A stretch of DNA of 64,000 nucleotides. Origin: Chloroflexota bacterium. Its GTDB lineage: Bacteria; Chloroflexota; Limnocylindria; QHBO01. The stretch is from positions 6,147-70,146 of the forward strand of contig JBDTNK010000002.1 of assembly GCA_039933775.1 (NCBI GenBank). Reading direction: 5' to 3'. The position numbers and the translations under genes were made by a program. The notes under the pieces are model-generated. The model made no database searches, was not told the DNA's origin, and saw only the letters and a list, made by a program, of their open reading frames with translations. This document shows positions 31,733 to 40,718 of this stretch, in pieces; the stretch's first letter is position 1, and the number at the start of each line of letters is the position of its first letter.

Positions 31733-31956
31733 CTCTGTCGTCACGTCTGGCCTTGCCCGGCGCGGCTTGGCCAAATGCCCATTAGAAACGACACGTGGCG
31801 CGGTCCACCGGCCTCGGCTTAGCCAGATGCGTCCCGTGCAGGGCAGATGGCCGGGATCGACGCCGACCTTGAGCGTGGTTCTCGTGGGAGCCCTGCCCGC
31901 GACTGCGGTCCAAGAAGTCCTGATGTGCATCTGGCAAGGTCGGGCACGATCGCGGA

Positions 31957-32385
31957 GTGTCGGCTGATGCCGCCGGAGCGTATTCTCGCGACGTGGTTCG
32001 AGAGGTGACGCCGTACCTGATCGTGGACGGCGGTGCCGCGGCGATCGAGTGGTATCGCGAGGTGTTCGACGCTGTCGAGGTCACCCGGGCGGTCGGGGCG
32101 GCGGGTCGGATTGCGCACGCCGAGATCCGCATCGGTGAATCGTCGATCTTTCTCGGTGATGAACACCCCCACCTCGAGGGCATCCTCGGCCCGAAGGGGA
32201 TCGGCGGCACATCGGTCTACCTCGACATCGAGACCGATGACGTCGCCGCCTTGTTCGACCGCGCGATCGCTGCCGGTGCGACGCAGATTCGCCCTCCGAC
32301 CGATGCCGCCTTGCCGATCCAATCGGCGAAGGTGCGCGACCCGTTCGGGCACATCTGGCTCATCACGCGCTCCCAGGAAACGTGA
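31957..32385 (+). CDS. VOC-family (glyoxalase/PhnB-like) protein
   Basis: The sequence is VTPYLIVDGGAAAIEWYREVFDA...AHAEIRIGESSIFLGDE...VRDPFGHIWLI. The start is uncertain (31957, 31993 or 32005). Confidence 0.72.
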   Translation: MSADAAGAYSRDVVREVTPYLIVDGGAAAIEWYREVFDAVEVTRAVGAAGRIAHAEIRIGESSIFLGDEHPHLEGILGPKGIGGTSVYLDIETDDVAALFDRAIAAGATQIRPPTDAALPIQSAKVRDPFGHIWLITRSQET

Positions 32386-32406
32386 CAAGGGTCGTACCAT
32401 CAGCAC

Positions 32407-32625
32407 GTGACGATGGAGCAGCTCATCTCTCTTGGCCTGATGGCGCTGGCGCTCATCCTGATGGGCGTCGTGCTGGGCGCATCGATCATGTGGCGTCGTC
32501 AAGGTGGCATGAGCGGCCGCGAATGTGCCGCTTCAACGGGCCGTCACGCTCAATCGGCCATTGCGGTGCACCGCGAGGCGCCTCCTGCGTTGCCTAAGGT
32601 CGTCAGGACAGGCCGCTGGCGGTAG
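32407..32625 (+). CDS. Hypothetical small membrane protein (one N-terminal TM helix)
   Basis: 72-aa ORF with a GTG start, reading MTMEQLISLGLMALALILMGVVLGASIMWRRQ... TACCAT (32395-32400) lies 6 nt upstream, the same promoter-to-start layout seen at pth, mfd and phd. No homology was recognised. Confidence 0.35.
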   Translation: MTMEQLISLGLMALALILMGVVLGASIMWRRQGGMSGRECAASTGRHAQSAIAVHREAPPALPKVVRTGRWR

Positions 32626-32703
32626 CTCGACACGCCAGGCGCGTTACGGTCGTCAGGACCGGCCCGTGGGACAGATGGGCGACGCTGGCCGGCGGCCGCG
32701 CGG

Positions 32704-33945
32704 TCAGCCAAGGCGGCGTAGGGCACCGGCGAGGTCGCGTCCGGGGCGCGTGCGCGGCCAGACCACCTTGGTGGCGCCCACGAAGGACCGATACGCGTCG
32801 AGCGCCTCGCGCAGGGCCGGGATGAAGCGCGGATCGTCCATCGGGGCAGCATCGGGCTCGAACCAGATGCCCAGGATGCGCAGAATTTTTGCCTTGCGGT
32901 CGAGGCGAGGCTCGATCCGGCCGATGAATCGGTCGCCGTACAGGATGGGCAGGACGTAGTAGCCCCAGCGGCGCTTCGGCTGTGGGACGTACACCTCCCA
33001 CAGGTAATCGAAGCCCCACAGCTCGCGCAGCATGCCCCGGTCCCAGACGAGCGGATCAAGTGGCGCCAGGAACGTGACCGCCGGCGCCTCGATGGCCGAA
33101 TGGGCGGATGCGTCCAGGATCGGCTCCTCCTCGGCGATCATGTAGCGCGTCCGCTTCAGTCCCTCGACCTCCACCGGAATCAGGCGTTTGTCATCGACGA
33201 GCCGTTGGGTGTGGCGCGCCCGATCGGCGGTCGTTCCGGTGTCGTACATGAAGTCGGCCACGGTGCCGATCGAGGTGGTGAGGCCAACCGCGCGATACCG
33301 GCTCAGGAGCCGATGCGTCATGGCGTCCTCCTCCGACTCGCGCAGCTCCAGGAGTTCCGGCGGGATGAGGCGCTCCATGAGGTCGTAGTAGCGCCGGTTG
33401 CCATCGCGGCGGCTGATCCCGATGCGCCCGGTCACGAAGAGGGCCTCCATCACCGCGCGGCTGGCGCGGGTCCGCGCCCACCACCAGTCGACCGCGTGGC
33501 TGTGCTCGCTGAAGGCGGCGGTCGAGAGCGGCGCATCAGCCTCGAGGCGGGAGAGGACGGCCGCGGCGACCTTGGCCTGCTCGCGCAGGATGCCGTCATC
33601 GTTCTCCGGGCCATTCTGCTGCCACGTGATGCGGTAGTGCGGCAGCTCGTGCATCGGCACCATATTCAGGCTCTTGTTGTAGAGCTCGATCAGTCGGCGA
33701 TCGGGTCCGTAGAGCCAGACATCGCACCATTCGCGCCGGTAGCCCGCGATTCGAGCATGCAGCACCAGGTCGTGGTTGCGGGCGCCGGGCACCTCGAGCG
33801 GGTCGAATTGCAGGCTCCCCAGGCGCTCGACGACCGACAGGACCGATTCCGGCTGCGCCGGAAGGCTGCGCGGCGGGGCCAGCAGGTGGCGGCGCACGAG
33901 AAAGCGGCGAGCATGGTCGGCGGAGAGCCGGATCGGCGTAGGCAT
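32704..33945 (-). CDS. YcaQ/AlkZ-family winged-helix protein (DUF1006; interstrand-crosslink DNA glycosylase family)
   Basis: The sequence is ARRFLVRRHLLAPP...VVERLGSLQFDPLEV...NHDLVLHARI...WEVYVPQPKRRWGYYVLPILYGDRFIGRIEPRLDRK. Confidence 0.78.
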   Translation of the reverse strand: MPTPIRLSADHARRFLVRRHLLAPPRSLPAQPESVLSVVERLGSLQFDPLEVPGARNHDLVLHARIAGYRREWCDVWLYGPDRRLIELYNKSLNMVPMHELPHYRITWQQNGPENDDGILREQAKVAAAVLSRLEADAPLSTAAFSEHSHAVDWWWARTRASRAVMEALFVTGRIGISRRDGNRRYYDLMERLIPPELLELRESEEDAMTHRLLSRYRAVGLTTSIGTVADFMYDTGTTADRARHTQRLVDDKRLIPVEVEGLKRTRYMIAEEEPILDASAHSAIEAPAVTFLAPLDPLVWDRGMLRELWGFDYLWEVYVPQPKRRWGYYVLPILYGDRFIGRIEPRLDRKAKILRILGIWFEPDAAPMDDPRFIPALREALDAYRSFVGATKVVWPRTRPGRDLAGALRRLG

Positions 33946-34008
33946 CGGTCAGCGCATGATGCCGCGATGTCCTGACAGCCGCCGTCCTGAATGCGGCGAT
34001 GGGTAAGG

Positions 34009-34035
34009 CTGGCACTCTGACACTGTGAGTGCCAA
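34009..34035 (+). promoter_or_regulatory. Degenerate CIRCE-like operator upstream of dnaJ
   Basis: CTGGCACTC-TGACACTGT-GAGTGCCAA. The inner seven positions of each nine-nt arm match the CIRCE consensus and the N9 spacing is preserved. Confidence 0.7.
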
Positions 34036-34045
34036 TCGGTATACT
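34017..34045 (+). promoter_or_regulatory. Candidate dnaJ promoter overlapping the CIRCE-like element
   Basis: CTGACA (34017-34022), a 17-nt spacer, then TATACT (34040-34045). The dnaJ ATG lies 9 nt downstream, giving a near-leaderless mRNA. Confidence 0.5.
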
Positions 34046-34054
34046 CCGGCGGGT

Positions 34055-35191
34055 ATGGCGGTGAAGCGGGATTACTACGACGTGCTCGGCGTGCGCCGCG
34101 AGGCGGGCGATGAGGAGATCAAGCGTGCCTTTCGCAAGCTGGCGCAGCAACACCATCCGGACGTCGACAAGAGCGATGGTGCCGAGCAGCGCTTCAAGGA
34201 GCTGAACGAGGCGTACCGCGTCCTGTCGGATCGGCAGCGGCGCAGCGCGTACGACATGTTCGGCCACGCGGGCGTGGAGGGCGCAGCAGCCGGAGGCGGC
34301 TTCGAGGGATTCGGTGGCGGGGGATTCGGGCCATTCGGCGACATCTTCGACGCGTTCTTCGGCGGCACCCAGGCCGGAACGCGCGGTCGGCGCCGCGTCG
34401 TGGCGGGCGCGGATCTGCGCTACGACCTGACGATCGACTTCGCCGAGGCGGTCCACGGCGTCATCACCGAGATCAGCTTCCCGACGCTCGTGGCGTGTGG
34501 CGCCTGCGAGGGCAGCGGCGTCGAGCCGGGCACGCAGCCGGAGCGCTGCCCCGAATGCAACGGGACCGGCGAGAAGCGGCGCGTGGCACAGACGATCCTG
34601 GGGCAGATGGTGAATATCGTCGCCTGCCCACGCTGCAACGGGGAGGGGCAGGTCATCATCACCCCGTGCACGACCTGCCGCGGCGACGGCCGGGTTCGCG
34701 AGGAGCGGACGATCCAGGTCGATATCCCTGCCGGCATCGACGCCGGACAGCGGATCGCGCTCGAGGGCCAGGGCGAGGCGGGGCCGCGCGGCGGGCCGGC
34801 GGGTGACCTGTTCGTGGCCGTCAGCGTGCGCGACCATCCCGACATCGTGCGGCGCGGCACCGAGCTCTTCGTCGAGCTGCCGGTGACCTATCCCCAGGCA
34901 GCGCTCGGCGCGACACTGACCGTCCCGACGGTCGACGGCGACGAAGAGGTCGAGGTGCCGGCCGGGACGCAGAGCGGCAAGCAGATCCGCCTGAGGGGTC
35001 GCGGCGTGCCACGCCTGCGCGGCTCGGGACGCGGGGACCAGCACGTGATCGTCAACGTCGTCGTGCCGGCCAAGCTCGGCAAGCGCGAGCGCGAGCTGCT
35101 GCGCGAGCTCGACGAGATCAGCGGCCCGGCGGTGGCACCCAAGAACGAGGCATCGATCCTCGAGCGCCTGCGCGACAGTCTCTTCGGCTGA
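34055..35191 (+). CDS. dnaJ: Co-chaperone DnaJ
   Basis: ATG 34055 gives MAVKRDYYDVLGV...KRAFRKLAQQHHPD. This is followed by a G/F region and four CxxCxGxG repeats (CGACEGSG, CPECNGTG, CPRCNGEG, CTTCRGDG). Confidence 0.95.
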   Translation: MAVKRDYYDVLGVRREAGDEEIKRAFRKLAQQHHPDVDKSDGAEQRFKELNEAYRVLSDRQRRSAYDMFGHAGVEGAAAGGGFEGFGGGGFGPFGDIFDAFFGGTQAGTRGRRRVVAGADLRYDLTIDFAEAVHGVITEISFPTLVACGACEGSGVEPGTQPERCPECNGTGEKRRVAQTILGQMVNIVACPRCNGEGQVIITPCTTCRGDGRVREERTIQVDIPAGIDAGQRIALEGQGEAGPRGGPAGDLFVAVSVRDHPDIVRRGTELFVELPVTYPQAALGATLTVPTVDGDEEVEVPAGTQSGKQIRLRGRGVPRLRGSGRGDQHVIVNVVVPAKLGKRERELLRELDEISGPAVAPKNEASILERLRDSLFG

Positions 35192-35206
35192 GCGAACGGC
35201 GGCCCG

Positions 35207-36112
35207 ATGCGCTGGCTGGAGCTCACCGTGGAGGCCGACGTCGAGGCCGTGGAAGCCGTGAGCGAGATCTTCGGCCGGCTCGGTCGCGGCGCGGCCGTGC
35301 GCCCGACGCGCCTCATTCGCGACCCGAACGATGAGCTGGCGGTGCGCGAGGATCCGGCGGCCCCGTACCTGGTCACCGCGCACGTGCCCGACGACGGCGA
35401 CGCGGCCGCCGCGGTGGATCGAACCGAGCGCGCGCTCTGGCACCTGCAGGCGTTCGGCCTGCGGCCGCTGAGCGAGCTGCGCGTCACGCCGGTCGACGAC
35501 GCTGACTGGGCCGAGGCGTGGAAGCGGCACTACACGCCGCAGCGCATCGGGCGCATCGTGATCGTGCCGTCGTGGCTCGACGAGCCCATCGGGCCTGACG
35601 AGATCGCGTTGCGCCTCGATCCGGGGATGGCCTTCGGCACCGGGTTGCACCCCACCACGCGCGGCTGCCTGACGCTGCTGCAGGGCCTTGGACCGATGCC
35701 GAAGCGTGCCCTCGACGTCGGCTCCGGCTCGGGCATCCTGGCCATCGCCGCCCTGGCGCTCGGGGTAGGCAGCGTCGACTGCCTCGACACCGACCCGGTC
35801 GCGGTCGAGGCGACGCTGGCCAATGCGGCGGCCAACGGCGTCGCCGATCGGATCACATCAGTGCGCGGGACGCTCTCGACGGCCTCGGCGCAACGCTATC
35901 CCCTGGTCCTGGCCAACCTCGTGGCCGCGCTGCTGGTGGAGCTGGCCGAACCGCTCGCCGCGCACACCGAGCCGGGCGGCACGCTGCTCGCCAGCGGCAT
36001 CATCGCGCCGCGCGCCGACGAGGTCGCCGCCGCGCTGGCCGCCGCCGGCTTCGCCCTCGCCGGGCGGCTCGACGACGGCGAGTGGGTCTCGCTGCGTCTG
36101 GTCCGCGGCTGA
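35207..36112 (+). CDS. prmA: Ribosomal protein L11 methyltransferase
   Basis: The sequence is WAEAWKRHYTPQRIGRIVIVPSW...DPGMAFGTGLHPTT...LDVGSGSGILAIAA. Confidence 0.9.
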   Translation: MRWLELTVEADVEAVEAVSEIFGRLGRGAAVRPTRLIRDPNDELAVREDPAAPYLVTAHVPDDGDAAAAVDRTERALWHLQAFGLRPLSELRVTPVDDADWAEAWKRHYTPQRIGRIVIVPSWLDEPIGPDEIALRLDPGMAFGTGLHPTTRGCLTLLQGLGPMPKRALDVGSGSGILAIAALALGVGSVDCLDTDPVAVEATLANAAANGVADRITSVRGTLSTASAQRYPLVLANLVAALLVELAEPLAAHTEPGGTLLASGIIAPRADEVAAALAAAGFALAGRLDDGEWVSLRLVRG

Positions 36113-36795
36113 TGCATCGGTTCTTCGTCGAGCCGGGCACGCTCAGCGGGGAGCGCATCGCGCTGCCCGCGCAGATCGCCCACCAGGTGACGCGGGTCCT
36201 GCGCCTCCGCGAGGGGGAGCGGATCGTGCTGCTCGAGGATGATGGCCGCGAGGCGGTCTGCCGTCTCGAGGCGGGCGAGCTCGTCGTGGAGACGCGCCGC
36301 TGCGCGAACGCCGAGCCGCGCCACCGCCTCGTCGTCTGCCAGGCGCTTCTGAAGGGCGATGCGCTCGAGGGGGTCGTGCGGCATGGCACGGAGATCGGCG
36401 TGGCCGCGTTCCAGCTGATCGTCAGCCGGCGCTGCGTGGCGCGTGACCTGAGCGGGCACAAGCTCGAGCGGCTGCGCAGCATCGCTCGCGAGGCGGCGGA
36501 GCAGAGCGAGCGCGCCAGGATCCCCGTTGTGGAGGCCCCCAAACCGCTCAGCGCGATGCTCGAAGCCGGCACGGTCGTGCTGCACGAGCGCCTCGACGTC
36601 CCGCGGTTGAGCGCAATCGCGGCACCGGGTCGCATCGTCATCGGTCCTGAAGGAGGCTGGGATCCCGGCGAGACCGAGACGATGCAGGCGGCCGGCGTCA
36701 TTTTCGCCGGGCTGGGTCCCCGGATCCTGCGCAGCGAGTCGGTTGCCCTCGCAGCGGCGGCCGTGGTGTTGAGCAGGTCCGGCGATTTCGCCTAG
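36112..36795 (+). CDS. rsmE: 16S rRNA (uracil1498-N3)-methyltransferase RsmE
   Basis: The ATG shares one base with the prmA stop (TGATG). The sequence is MHRFFVEP...HQVTRVLRLREGERI...IVIGPEGGW...RILRSESVALAA. Confidence 0.88.
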   Translation: MHRFFVEPGTLSGERIALPAQIAHQVTRVLRLREGERIVLLEDDGREAVCRLEAGELVVETRRCANAEPRHRLVVCQALLKGDALEGVVRHGTEIGVAAFQLIVSRRCVARDLSGHKLERLRSIAREAAEQSERARIPVVEAPKPLSAMLEAGTVVLHERLDVPRLSAIAAPGRIVIGPEGGWDPGETETMQAAGVIFAGLGPRILRSESVALAAAAVVLSRSGDFA

Positions 36796-36804
36796 CCTGT
36801 GCGC

Positions 36805-37143
36805 ATGAGCGACTGCCTCTTCTGCCGCATCGTCGCCGGCGAGATCCCGTCAGACCGTGTCCTGGAGGACGACGAGATCATCGCCTTCCGCGACATCAAC
36901 CCGCAGGCTCCGACGCATGTGTTGGTCATTCCTCGGCGCCACGTCGCCGACGTCGGGGCGCTGACCGATGCCGATGCTGGCCTGCTCTCCGCGCTGTTCC
37001 GCGGCGTGCGCCAGGTCGTCGAGACCGAGGGACTGCGCAGCTACCGCATCGTCAGCAACACCGGTGCCGAAGCGGGACAGAGCGTTGACCACCTCCATCT
37101 GCACGTGCTGGGCGGCCGCTCGATGGCGTGGCCACCGGGCTGA
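36805..37143 (+). CDS. HIT-family (histidine triad) nucleotide hydrolase
   Basis: The sequence is MSDCLFCRIVAGEIPSD...DINPQAPTHVLVIPRRH...GQSVDHLHLHVLGG. TAGCCT (36793-36798) lies 6 nt upstream of the ATG. Confidence 0.85.
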   Translation: MSDCLFCRIVAGEIPSDRVLEDDEIIAFRDINPQAPTHVLVIPRRHVADVGALTDADAGLLSALFRGVRQVVETEGLRSYRIVSNTGAEAGQSVDHLHLHVLGGRSMAWPPG

Positions 37144-37242
37144 CACCAACCTCAATTGACCCTCGCGGTGCTCGCTGGTACCCTTCGTCGGCTTACGTGC
37201 CGGTTGCGGCACGATTTCAGAAGCGGGAAGGAGGCGAGACGT

Positions 37243-37422
37243 TTGGCAGAAGTCCGCGTGGGCGAAAACGAGTCGTTCGAGAGCGCGCTGCGTCGATTCA
37301 ACAAGAAGATCCAGCAGTCAGGCATCCTGGCCGAGGCACGACGCCGCGAGCACTACGAGAAGCCCAGCGTGAAGCGCAAGCGCAAGGAAGCCAAGAAGCG
37401 AAAGGTTTCCACCCGCGAGTAG
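37243..37422 (+). CDS. rpsU: 30S ribosomal protein S21
   Basis: TTG 37243 follows GGAAGGAGG. The sequence is [47 protein letters not shown]. Confidence 0.88.
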   Translation: MAEVRVGENESFESALRRFNKKIQQSGILAEARRREHYEKPSVKRKRKEAKKRKVSTRE

Positions 37423-37477
37423 CCGCCAGACGCTCCCTCAGCACTCCCGGTGGGCGTACCAAGCACACGAGAGGTGA

Positions 37478-37969
37478 TTGACCGATGACCTCCACGCCGC
37501 CCGCCTCCAGATGAGCTCCATGAGCCTCCAGGAACGGATCGAGTCCGCCATGCGCGACGCGATGCGTGCCCGCGACCAGCGCCGCACGCTCACGCTGCGC
37601 ATGGCGATGGCCGCCATCCAGAACCGGCGCATCGAGCTGCGCCGCGAGCTTGACGATGCCGAAGTTGGCGAGCTGCTCGGCAAGCAGGCCAAGCAGCGGC
37701 GGGAGAGCCTCGAGATCTTCCGCGACGCGGGCCGCGAGTCGATGGCCGCCAACGAGGAAGCGGAGCTCGCCATCATCACCGAGTTCCTGCCGCAGCAGCT
37801 GAGGAGCGACGAGCTCGAGCAGCTGGTCCGCGCCGCCATCGCCGAGACCGGGGCCAGCGGCCCGAACGACATGGGCAAGGTCATGGCTCGCGTCGCGCCC
37901 GCGACGAAGGGGCGCGCCGACGGTCGCGCGTTGTCCGAGCTCGTCCGCCGACTGCTGGCCGCCGGCTAG
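37478..37969 (+). CDS. GatB/YqeY-domain protein
   Basis: The sequence is SLQERIESAMRDAMRARDQRRTLTLRMAMAAIQN...ELAIITEFLPQQL...GKVMARV. The start is ambiguous: 37478 has a GAGAGG SD 10 nt upstream, and 37511 and 37520 are alternatives. Confidence 0.8.
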   Translation: MTDDLHAARLQMSSMSLQERIESAMRDAMRARDQRRTLTLRMAMAAIQNRRIELRRELDDAEVGELLGKQAKQRRESLEIFRDAGRESMAANEEAELAIITEFLPQQLRSDELEQLVRAAIAETGASGPNDMGKVMARVAPATKGRADGRALSELVRRLLAAG

Positions 37970-37977
37970 CGCCCCCG

Positions 37978-40080
37978 ATGTTCATCCCGCGCACGCTCTC
38001 CCAGGGCGACCGTCGCATTCCCGGCGGTGCGGTGGTGCGAGCCGTCGGAATCGGCCTGCTGCTGACGCTGGCGCTGACGCTCATTCTCGCGGCCACCATC
38101 GGTCCGGGACAGGTCAACCTGCGTGCCGGCCAGGTGGCGCCAGAGACGATCAATGCGCCGAGCAGCATCACGTTCGTGTCCGAGGTGCAGACCGAGGCGC
38201 AGCGTGACGCCGCCGCGGCCGCCGAGGAGGACGTCTTTGTCCCGATCCCCGGCGTGCGCATGGACCAGGTCAACGCATTCGACACCGTTGCATCGCGGAT
38301 CCGCCGCGCCCTCGAGCTGCGCGACAACGGCATCTACAACGCCGAAGAGCTGCCCGCGGCAATCAGCAGCCGCGCCTCGACGCTGAGCGACGCGCAGGTG
38401 GCCGTCGCCGCGACGCTGACGCTCGAGCAGTGGGATGCGCTTGCCGCCGTGGGCCGCGCCGCGCTCGACGACACGCTGGCCGACGACGTCATCGACGAGG
38501 ATCTCGCCGCCGCGCGGCAGCGGCTGCGCGAGTCGATCTCGGCGGACATCGCGCAGCCGCAACGAGAGCTGATGGGTGATCTGGCCGCGCTCCACGTGGA
38601 GCCGACCTTCGAGTTCAGTGCGGATCGCACGGCGCAGGCCAGGGAGCGGGCGCGCGCGGAGGTTCCGGACCTCGTGGTCCGGTTGCAGCAGGACCAGAAC
38701 ATCATCAGCGCCAACGAGGTGATCACCGCGGCTGACATCGAGGTGCTGCAGCGGCTCGGCCTGACCCAGGGACAGGGCGGCGCCTCCACGTTCGTCGGAT
38801 ACCTCCTGGCCAGCGCGGTCATCTCGGCGCTGCTGGTGGCGTTCCTGTGGCGGGCGCAGCCGGAGATCTGGTTCCGGAACCGCTCGCTGCTGCTCTTCCT
38901 GCTGGTGCTGCTCGTGTCGGCCCTTGCCCTGCGGATCGCGGGCGATCGGACGCTGTGGGCCTATGCCGTGCCGATCCCGGCGGCGGTGATGCTGACCGCG
39001 ATCCTGCTCGGCACGCCGATCGGTGCGGCGATGACCATCGCGCTCGCCACGGTCGCCGGCATCGTGAACCGCGAGGCACTCGAGGTGACGCTCTACGTGC
39101 TGGCCGGCGGCATCGTGGCGCTGCTGGCCATGGTCCACGCCGAGCGGCTCAACGTCTTCTATCGGGCGGGTGCGCTGCTGGCGGTGACGAACCTGGCCGT
39201 GGTCGGCGCCTTCGCGCTGCTCCAGCCCAGCGACCTGGCAGCCGTGGCGCAGCTCGCCATCGCGGCCGTCGTCAACGCGGTGCTCTCGGTCCTGTTGGCG
39301 GTCGGCTCGTTCGCCGTGCTTGGCAACCTCTTCGGCATCATGACCATCTTCCAGCTCCTGGAGCTCGCCAATCCCTCGAACCGCATGCTGCGTCGCCTCT
39401 TGCTCGAGACACCCGGCACGTACCATCACAGCGTCATGGTCGGCAACCTGGCCGAACGCGCGGCCGAGACGATCGGCGCGGATCCGCTCCTCGCCCGGGT
39501 GGCGGCCTACTACCACGACATCGGCAAGACCAAGAACCCGCTCGCCTTCATCGAGAACCAGGGCGGCGGACGCAACATCCACGACGACCTCTCCGCCGAG
39601 ACGAGCGCGCGGATCATCGCCAGCCATGTCCGCGACGGCATCGACCTGGCCTACGAGCACGGGCTGCCGGTGCAGGTCATCGGCTTCATCCCGCAGCACC
39701 ATGGCACGAGTGTCATGAGCTACTTCCACCAGAAGGCGCTCAGGGAGGCGAGCGGCAACGCGGAGCTCGTCGACGAGAGCCGCTTCCGCTATCCGGGGCC
39801 CAAGCCGCAGACCCGCGAGGCGGCGATCCTGATGCTGGCCGATGGCGTCGAGGCATCGGTCCGATCGCTGGACAGCAAGGACGAGTCGAGCATCCGCACC
39901 ATGGTCGATCGCATCGTCGACGCGCGGGTCGAGGACGGGCAGCTCGATGACGCGGAGCTGACGCTCAGGAACATCGCGCAGATCAAGGATGCGTTCGTTG
40001 GCCAGCTGCTGGGCATGTACCACCAGCGCATCAAGTACCCCGACAACGTCGTGCCGCTCGACCGCCGCGAGCAGGCCTGA
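37978..40080 (+). CDS. pgpH: 7TM-HD membrane phosphohydrolase (PgpH/YqfF family, c-di-AMP phosphodiesterase type)
   Basis: An extracellular N-domain is followed by seven hydrophobic segments, then the HD domain HSVMVGNLAERAAE...AYYHDIGKTKNP...QHHGTS. Confidence 0.85.
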   Translation: MFIPRTLSQGDRRIPGGAVVRAVGIGLLLTLALTLILAATIGPGQVNLRAGQVAPETINAPSSITFVSEVQTEAQRDAAAAAEEDVFVPIPGVRMDQVNAFDTVASRIRRALELRDNGIYNAEELPAAISSRASTLSDAQVAVAATLTLEQWDALAAVGRAALDDTLADDVIDEDLAAARQRLRESISADIAQPQRELMGDLAALHVEPTFEFSADRTAQARERARAEVPDLVVRLQQDQNIISANEVITAADIEVLQRLGLTQGQGGASTFVGYLLASAVISALLVAFLWRAQPEIWFRNRSLLLFLLVLLVSALALRIAGDRTLWAYAVPIPAAVMLTAILLGTPIGAAMTIALATVAGIVNREALEVTLYVLAGGIVALLAMVHAERLNVFYRAGALLAVTNLAVVGAFALLQPSDLAAVAQLAIAAVVNAVLSVLLAVGSFAVLGNLFGIMTIFQLLELANPSNRMLRRLLLETPGTYHHSVMVGNLAERAAETIGADPLLARVAAYYHDIGKTKNPLAFIENQGGGRNIHDDLSAETSARIIASHVRDGIDLAYEHGLPVQVIGFIPQHHGTSVMSYFHQKALREASGNAELVDESRFRYPGPKPQTREAAILMLADGVEASVRSLDSKDESSIRTMVDRIVDARVEDGQLDDAELTLRNIAQIKDAFVGQLLGMYHQRIKYPDNVVPLDRREQA

Positions 40081-40126
40081 GTCGCAGCCCCTGGCGGCGG
40101 CTTGCGCCGCGCGGCTAGGATTGGGC

Positions 40127-40717
40127 ATGGGCGCAAGCGTCACCTTCCACGATCGCATCGGTCCTGAGCGGCTGGCCGAGATCGTTGAGCCGATGCCGGT
40201 CGACGAGCTGCGGCCGCTGCTCGAGTCGGCGGTTGGCGAGACGGCACGGATCGCGCTCGGAGAGGCCGATGTCGAGGTCGAGATCACGCTCTGCGCCGAT
40301 CCGGAGATGGAGCGCCTGCATTTCGACCACATGGGCGAGCGCGGCCCCACCGACGTCCTCTCCTTTCCGCTGCACGAGTGGTCGCTCGATGGCACGTCAT
40401 CCCACCTGGCCGATGAGGACGGCGCGATGCCGCCCGGCGTGCCGCTCATGCTCGGCGATGTCGTGCTCGACGTCGACCAGGCGCTGCGCCAGTCGGCCGA
40501 TGGCGGCTGGAGCGTGGCCGAGGAGCTTGCCCTGCTGGCCATCCACGGCACGCTCCACCTGCTGGGGCATGACCATGCCGAGCTGGAGGAAGAGGGACGC
40601 ATGCGCGCCGTCGAGCACGATGCGCTTCGGGTGCTGCACCGCCGCCATCACGACGTGCCGTGGCGCCCCGGCTCGCTCTTCGACCGGGGCGGCCACGCGG
40701 TCACCTCCGGCAGCTGA
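40127..40717 (+). CDS. ybeY: rRNA maturation endoribonuclease YbeY
   Basis: ATG 40127. The sequence is GPTDVLSFPL...LAIHGTLHLLGHDHAE (the H3xH5xH zinc motif). It is about 40 aa longer than typical YbeY because of an internal insertion. Confidence 0.9.
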   Translation: MGASVTFHDRIGPERLAEIVEPMPVDELRPLLESAVGETARIALGEADVEVEITLCADPEMERLHFDHMGERGPTDVLSFPLHEWSLDGTSSHLADEDGAMPPGVPLMLGDVVLDVDQALRQSADGGWSVAEELALLAIHGTLHLLGHDHAELEEEGRMRAVEHDALRVLHRRHHDVPWRPGSLFDRGGHAVTSGS

Positions 40718-40718
40718 G

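Noticed and set aside
33596-35650. 684-aa minus-strand ORF opposite dnaJ and prmA
   Set aside because: It spans two plus-strand genes with definitive motifs (J-domain HPD, CxxCxGxG repeats). It is a codon-bias artefact.
37966-40602. 878-aa minus-strand ORF opposite pgpH and ybeY
   Set aside because: The reasoning is the same. The plus-strand genes carry HD and H3xH5xH motifs, while the antisense translation is low complexity.
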